This document shows, piece by piece, positions 61,025 to 64,000 of a stretch of DNA of 64,000 nt. The notes below the pieces were generated by a model. The model searched no databases. It was not told the DNA's origin and was given only the letters and a program-made list of their open reading frames with translations. The stretch spans positions 320,001 to 384,000 of the forward strand of contig CAXWPH010000006.1 of the NCBI GenBank assembly GCA_963666055.2, written 5' to 3'. How positions within the stretch are numbered: position 1 is the stretch's first letter; each line of letters opens with the position of its first letter. Position numbers and translations under genes: made by a program. This DNA comes from Acidobacteriota bacterium. Its GTDB lineage: Bacteria; Acidobacteriota; UBA890; WLXD01.

Positions 61025-63672
61025 GCGGTGCTTTCAAGCCGCCGTTGGTGGCACGCTGCCTGTTGCGCCTACGGGTGGGCAACGAGCTGACCGGCGAAGC
61101 GATCCGCGGCGATCTGTGGCAGGAGTATGCGGAGCGCCGCCGTCGCGAGGGCGCCCTCGCTGCCGCTGCCTGGTACTGGCGCGAGGTCGCCAGCATCGCC
61201 AGCCAGCGTCGCGGCGCCGGGGGTCGGTTGCGCGCCTGGGCGGCCGGGTGGCACGCCGATGCGCGCTACGCGTTCCGCAACCTGCGCCGAGCGCCAGGAT
61301 TCACCCTGCTGGCGATCGGCCTTCTCGCCCTCGGGCTCGGTGCCACGACAAGCATCTTCACGGCCGTCAACGCCATGTTCCTGCGGCCACCGCCGCTCGT
61401 CGAAGACCCCGGACGGCTGCTCAACGTCTACACCTCCGATCACCGTGGGCGTACCTACGGTGTGTCCTCCTACCCGGACTACCTCGCCATTCGGGACGGC
61501 GTCGACGACTTTGCCGGGGCCACTGCGTTCATGCTCGGCTTGGAGACGAAGATCGGAACCGCCGGGTGGACCCGCGCGGTGTTCAGCAGCGCCACCTCGG
61601 CCGACTATCTGGAGCTGCTCGGAGCCACGACCAAACAGGGCCGCTGGTTCGCCCCGGACGAGGTCGGGCCCGATGCGCCAGGCGACGTGATCGTGCTCGG
61701 CTTCAACACCTGGCAGCAAGAGTTCGGCGGCGACGAAGGGATCGTGGGGAGCGAGGTCCGGGTGGATGGGCGGCCGGCTACCATCATCGGCATCGCGCCC
61801 GCTGGGCTGCTGGCGCCGGGGTTCCCGGTGTCCCCGGGTGCCTATGTGCCGCTCGCTGGCCCCGATATGGGACACCGCGGCAGCCGCTCTCTCCTGGTCC
61901 TCGGAAGACTGACCGACGGTGCGACGCTCGCCAGCGCCCAAGCGCAGCTCGACGCCCTGGCGCTCGAAGTTCATGAGCTCGATCCCGGCTATTCCTCCGA
62001 CCGCAACGGTGATCCGCGTAGGTTCAGCGCCCTTTCGGAGTTCGACGCAAGGCTCGACCCCGAGTCACGGACGGGCGCGGCGAGCTTCATGGGCCTCTTG
62101 CTGATCGTCGCCGGGCTCGTGCTAGCCATCGCTTGCTCCAACCTGGCGAACCTGCAGCTGGTTCGTGCCAGTGTCCGCGGCGGCGAGATCGCCGTCCGTC
62201 GGGCGCTTGGCGCCGGCCGGCGGCGTTTGCTGCAAATGCTGCTCGCCGAGAGCTTGCTGTTGGCCCTGGGCGGCGGCCTGGTCGGGCTTCTTCTCACCGT
62301 TGCCACGGCCAGGATCGTGCCGAGCCTGGGGATCATCCCGGGAGGGGTGGTCATCGACCTGGCGGTCGACCTCAGAGTATTGGCCTTCGCGCTGGCCGCA
62401 AGCCTGGTTACGGGCCTGTTGTTCGGCCTGCTTCCGGCGCTACGCGCCGCCCGGCCCGACCTCACGACCGGGTTGCGCGGCGCGGCCGGTCAGATTGCCT
62501 CGGGGCGCAACCGGCTGCGCTCCGGGCTGGTGCTCGTGCAGGTTACCGGCTCGGTCATTCTCCTGGCCATGGCAGGGCTGTTCCTGCGCAGTCTCGAGAG
62601 CGCCGTAGGTATCGATCCGGGCTTCGACCCCCGGGATGTAGCGCTGCTGCGGCTCGACGCGTCCGAGCTCGACATGAGCCGCGAGGAGGGACTCGCGCTG
62701 TTCGATCGGGTAGCCGACCGGCTACGCTCAGCAAGCGCCGTTGAGGACGTCGTCTATGCGTCGCGTGTGCCGCTCAGTGGTAGTTGGGAGCGCCGATCGA
62801 TCGAGATCGACGGATACCAGTCGCCGGACGGGGACAACCCCGCAGTCGCTGTCCACGCGGTGACGCCCGGCTACTTCCGCCTGATGCGCCTGCAGCTGAT
62901 GCGTGGCCGCGGGCTCCGCCACGAGGATGTCGACGGGGCTCCTGACGTGGCCGTCGTCAATCAGGCGTTCGCCGACCGCTACTGGCCGGGACGCGAGGCG
63001 CTCGGCGGGCGCCTGAGCATCGAAGATCGGCAGATCGAGGTAGTAGGGCTCGCCGCCACGACGCTGGCGCGCCAGGTGGTCGAGGACCCGACACCACAGG
63101 TCTGGGTAACGCTAGCCCAGATCTACCGCCCCGCCATGATCTTGCACGCCCGGGCCCGCACGCCCGCCGATGCGACGGTACTGGCGCTGGTCCGATCCGC
63201 CGTTCAAGAGGTGCGGCCGGACCTTCCGATTCTCGAACCGATCTGGATGACCGACCTGACGCGCAACGTCACGCTGCCGCAGCGGGTCGCGTCCACCGTC
63301 CTGGCCATCGCCGGAGCCATGGCCCTGCTGCTGGCTACCGTCGGCCTCTATGGCGTCATCGCCTTCACGGTCCGCCGGCGCACTCGCGAGCTCGGCATCC
63401 GCATGGCGCTCGGCGCCGGGCGGGCCACGCTGGTGCGCACCGTGCTGGCTGACACCGCAGCCATGACCGGCCTCGGCTTGACCATTGGCCTGGCCATCGT
63501 CGTTGCGCTCGGCCAGGTCATGGGCTCCTTCTTGCTCAACACTGACCCGCTCGACCCTCTGGCGCTGGGCGGCGCCGCCGTCGGGCTGGGGCTAGCAGCC
63601 ATGCTGGCCGTGATCGGGCCCGTCCGGCGTGCCACTCGAATCGACCCGGTACGCGCGCTTCGCGCCGAGTGA
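61021..63672 (+). CDS. Duplicated orphan ABC permease (MacB/FtsX, ADOP-like)
   Basis: GDLWQEY prefix, LRRAPGFT, IACSNLANL, EIAVRRALGAGR, RELGIRMALGA, DPVRALRAE; ATGA coupling to padR. Confidence 0.93.
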   Translation: MSGAFKPPLVARCLLRLRVGNELTGEAIRGDLWQEYAERRRREGALAAAAWYWREVASIASQRRGAGGRLRAWAAGWHADARYAFRNLRRAPGFTLLAIGLLALGLGATTSIFTAVNAMFLRPPPLVEDPGRLLNVYTSDHRGRTYGVSSYPDYLAIRDGVDDFAGATAFMLGLETKIGTAGWTRAVFSSATSADYLELLGATTKQGRWFAPDEVGPDAPGDVIVLGFNTWQQEFGGDEGIVGSEVRVDGRPATIIGIAPAGLLAPGFPVSPGAYVPLAGPDMGHRGSRSLLVLGRLTDGATLASAQAQLDALALEVHELDPGYSSDRNGDPRRFSALSEFDARLDPESRTGAASFMGLLLIVAGLVLAIACSNLANLQLVRASVRGGEIAVRRALGAGRRRLLQMLLAESLLLALGGGLVGLLLTVATARIVPSLGIIPGGVVIDLAVDLRVLAFALAASLVTGLLFGLLPALRAARPDLTTGLRGAAGQIASGRNRLRSGLVLVQVTGSVILLAMAGLFLRSLESAVGIDPGFDPRDVALLRLDASELDMSREEGLALFDRVADRLRSASAVEDVVYASRVPLSGSWERRSIEIDGYQSPDGDNPAVAVHAVTPGYFRLMRLQLMRGRGLRHEDVDGAPDVAVVNQAFADRYWPGREALGGRLSIEDRQIEVVGLAATTLARQVVEDPTPQVWVTLAQIYRPAMILHARARTPADATVLALVRSAVQEVRPDLPILEPIWMTDLTRNVTLPQRVASTVLAIAGAMALLLATVGLYGVIAFTVRRRTRELGIRMALGAGRATLVRTVLADTAAMTGLGLTIGLAIVVALGQVMGSFLLNTDPLDPLALGGAAVGLGLAAMLAVIGPVRRATRIDPVRALRAE

Positions 63673-63782
63673 GCTGCGCGCACCAGAGCAGCCGGCCGGT
63701 GCCGACGCGATCGGTGCCGTCGGCTGGGACGTCTGGCGTCACTTACAGACCCAGGAAAGCGTCTCGCTGTTGCTCGATCGCC

Positions 63783-64000
63783 TCAGATCGGGCACACCAA
63801 CTCGCCGAGCTTCTCGGTGAGCTTCATGTTCTCCGAATAGTCGACCGGGCAATCGACGACCACCACGGTCTCGTCGGCGAGTGCCTGTCTGAGAACAGGA
63901 ACGAGCTCGTCCGCGGCCTCCACCCGGTAGCCCTTGGCACCGAAGCTCTCGGCGTACTTGACCAGGTCCGGGTTGTTGAATCCAATGTGGCTCGGGCGGC
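63783..64000 (-). CDS. Acetolactate synthase large subunit-like ThDP enzyme, 3' end
   Basis: [20 protein letters not shown]...[11 protein letters not shown], stop at 63783. Confidence 0.8.
   Translation of the reverse strand, partial: RPSHIGFNNPDLVKYAESFGAKGYRVEAADELVPVLRQALADETVVVVDCPVDYSENMKLTEKLGELVCPI

Overview
GC-rich bacterial window. The PadR + duplicated orphan ABC permease pair, Ser/Thr kinase relics, CocE/NonD, VPS10 and NHL proteins suggest Acidobacteriota (inference). Three zones: (i) 2.4-9.0 kb, a compact, single-strand integrated element (tyrosine integrase, HTH/Zn-finger protein, AlpA-like protein, DnaB-N/AAA replication protein, iteron-like GGACA cluster, small and large terminase, no capsid or portal), bounded by outward-facing 3' halves of two different tRNAs (Thr-CGT, Leu-CAG); (ii) about 9-36.7 kb, a heavily decayed island region with a second tRNA-Leu half, IS3/IS630/IS110/IS481 elements and many fused, deleted or inverted gene fragments, including defence remnants; (iii) 36.7-64 kb, mostly intact hydrolase, redox and transport genes. 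Main highlights: a probable 487-aa secreted deiodinase-like selenoprotein that the ORF track splits at an in-frame UGA (CLT-U-PPF, followed by a SECIS-like hairpin); the TerS+TerL-only satellite-like element; and a CTAG-targeting MITE family with one copy nested inside another. No rRNA, complete tRNA or CRISPR array was seen. All calls come from motif recognition by eye, and some frameshifts may be sequencing errors.
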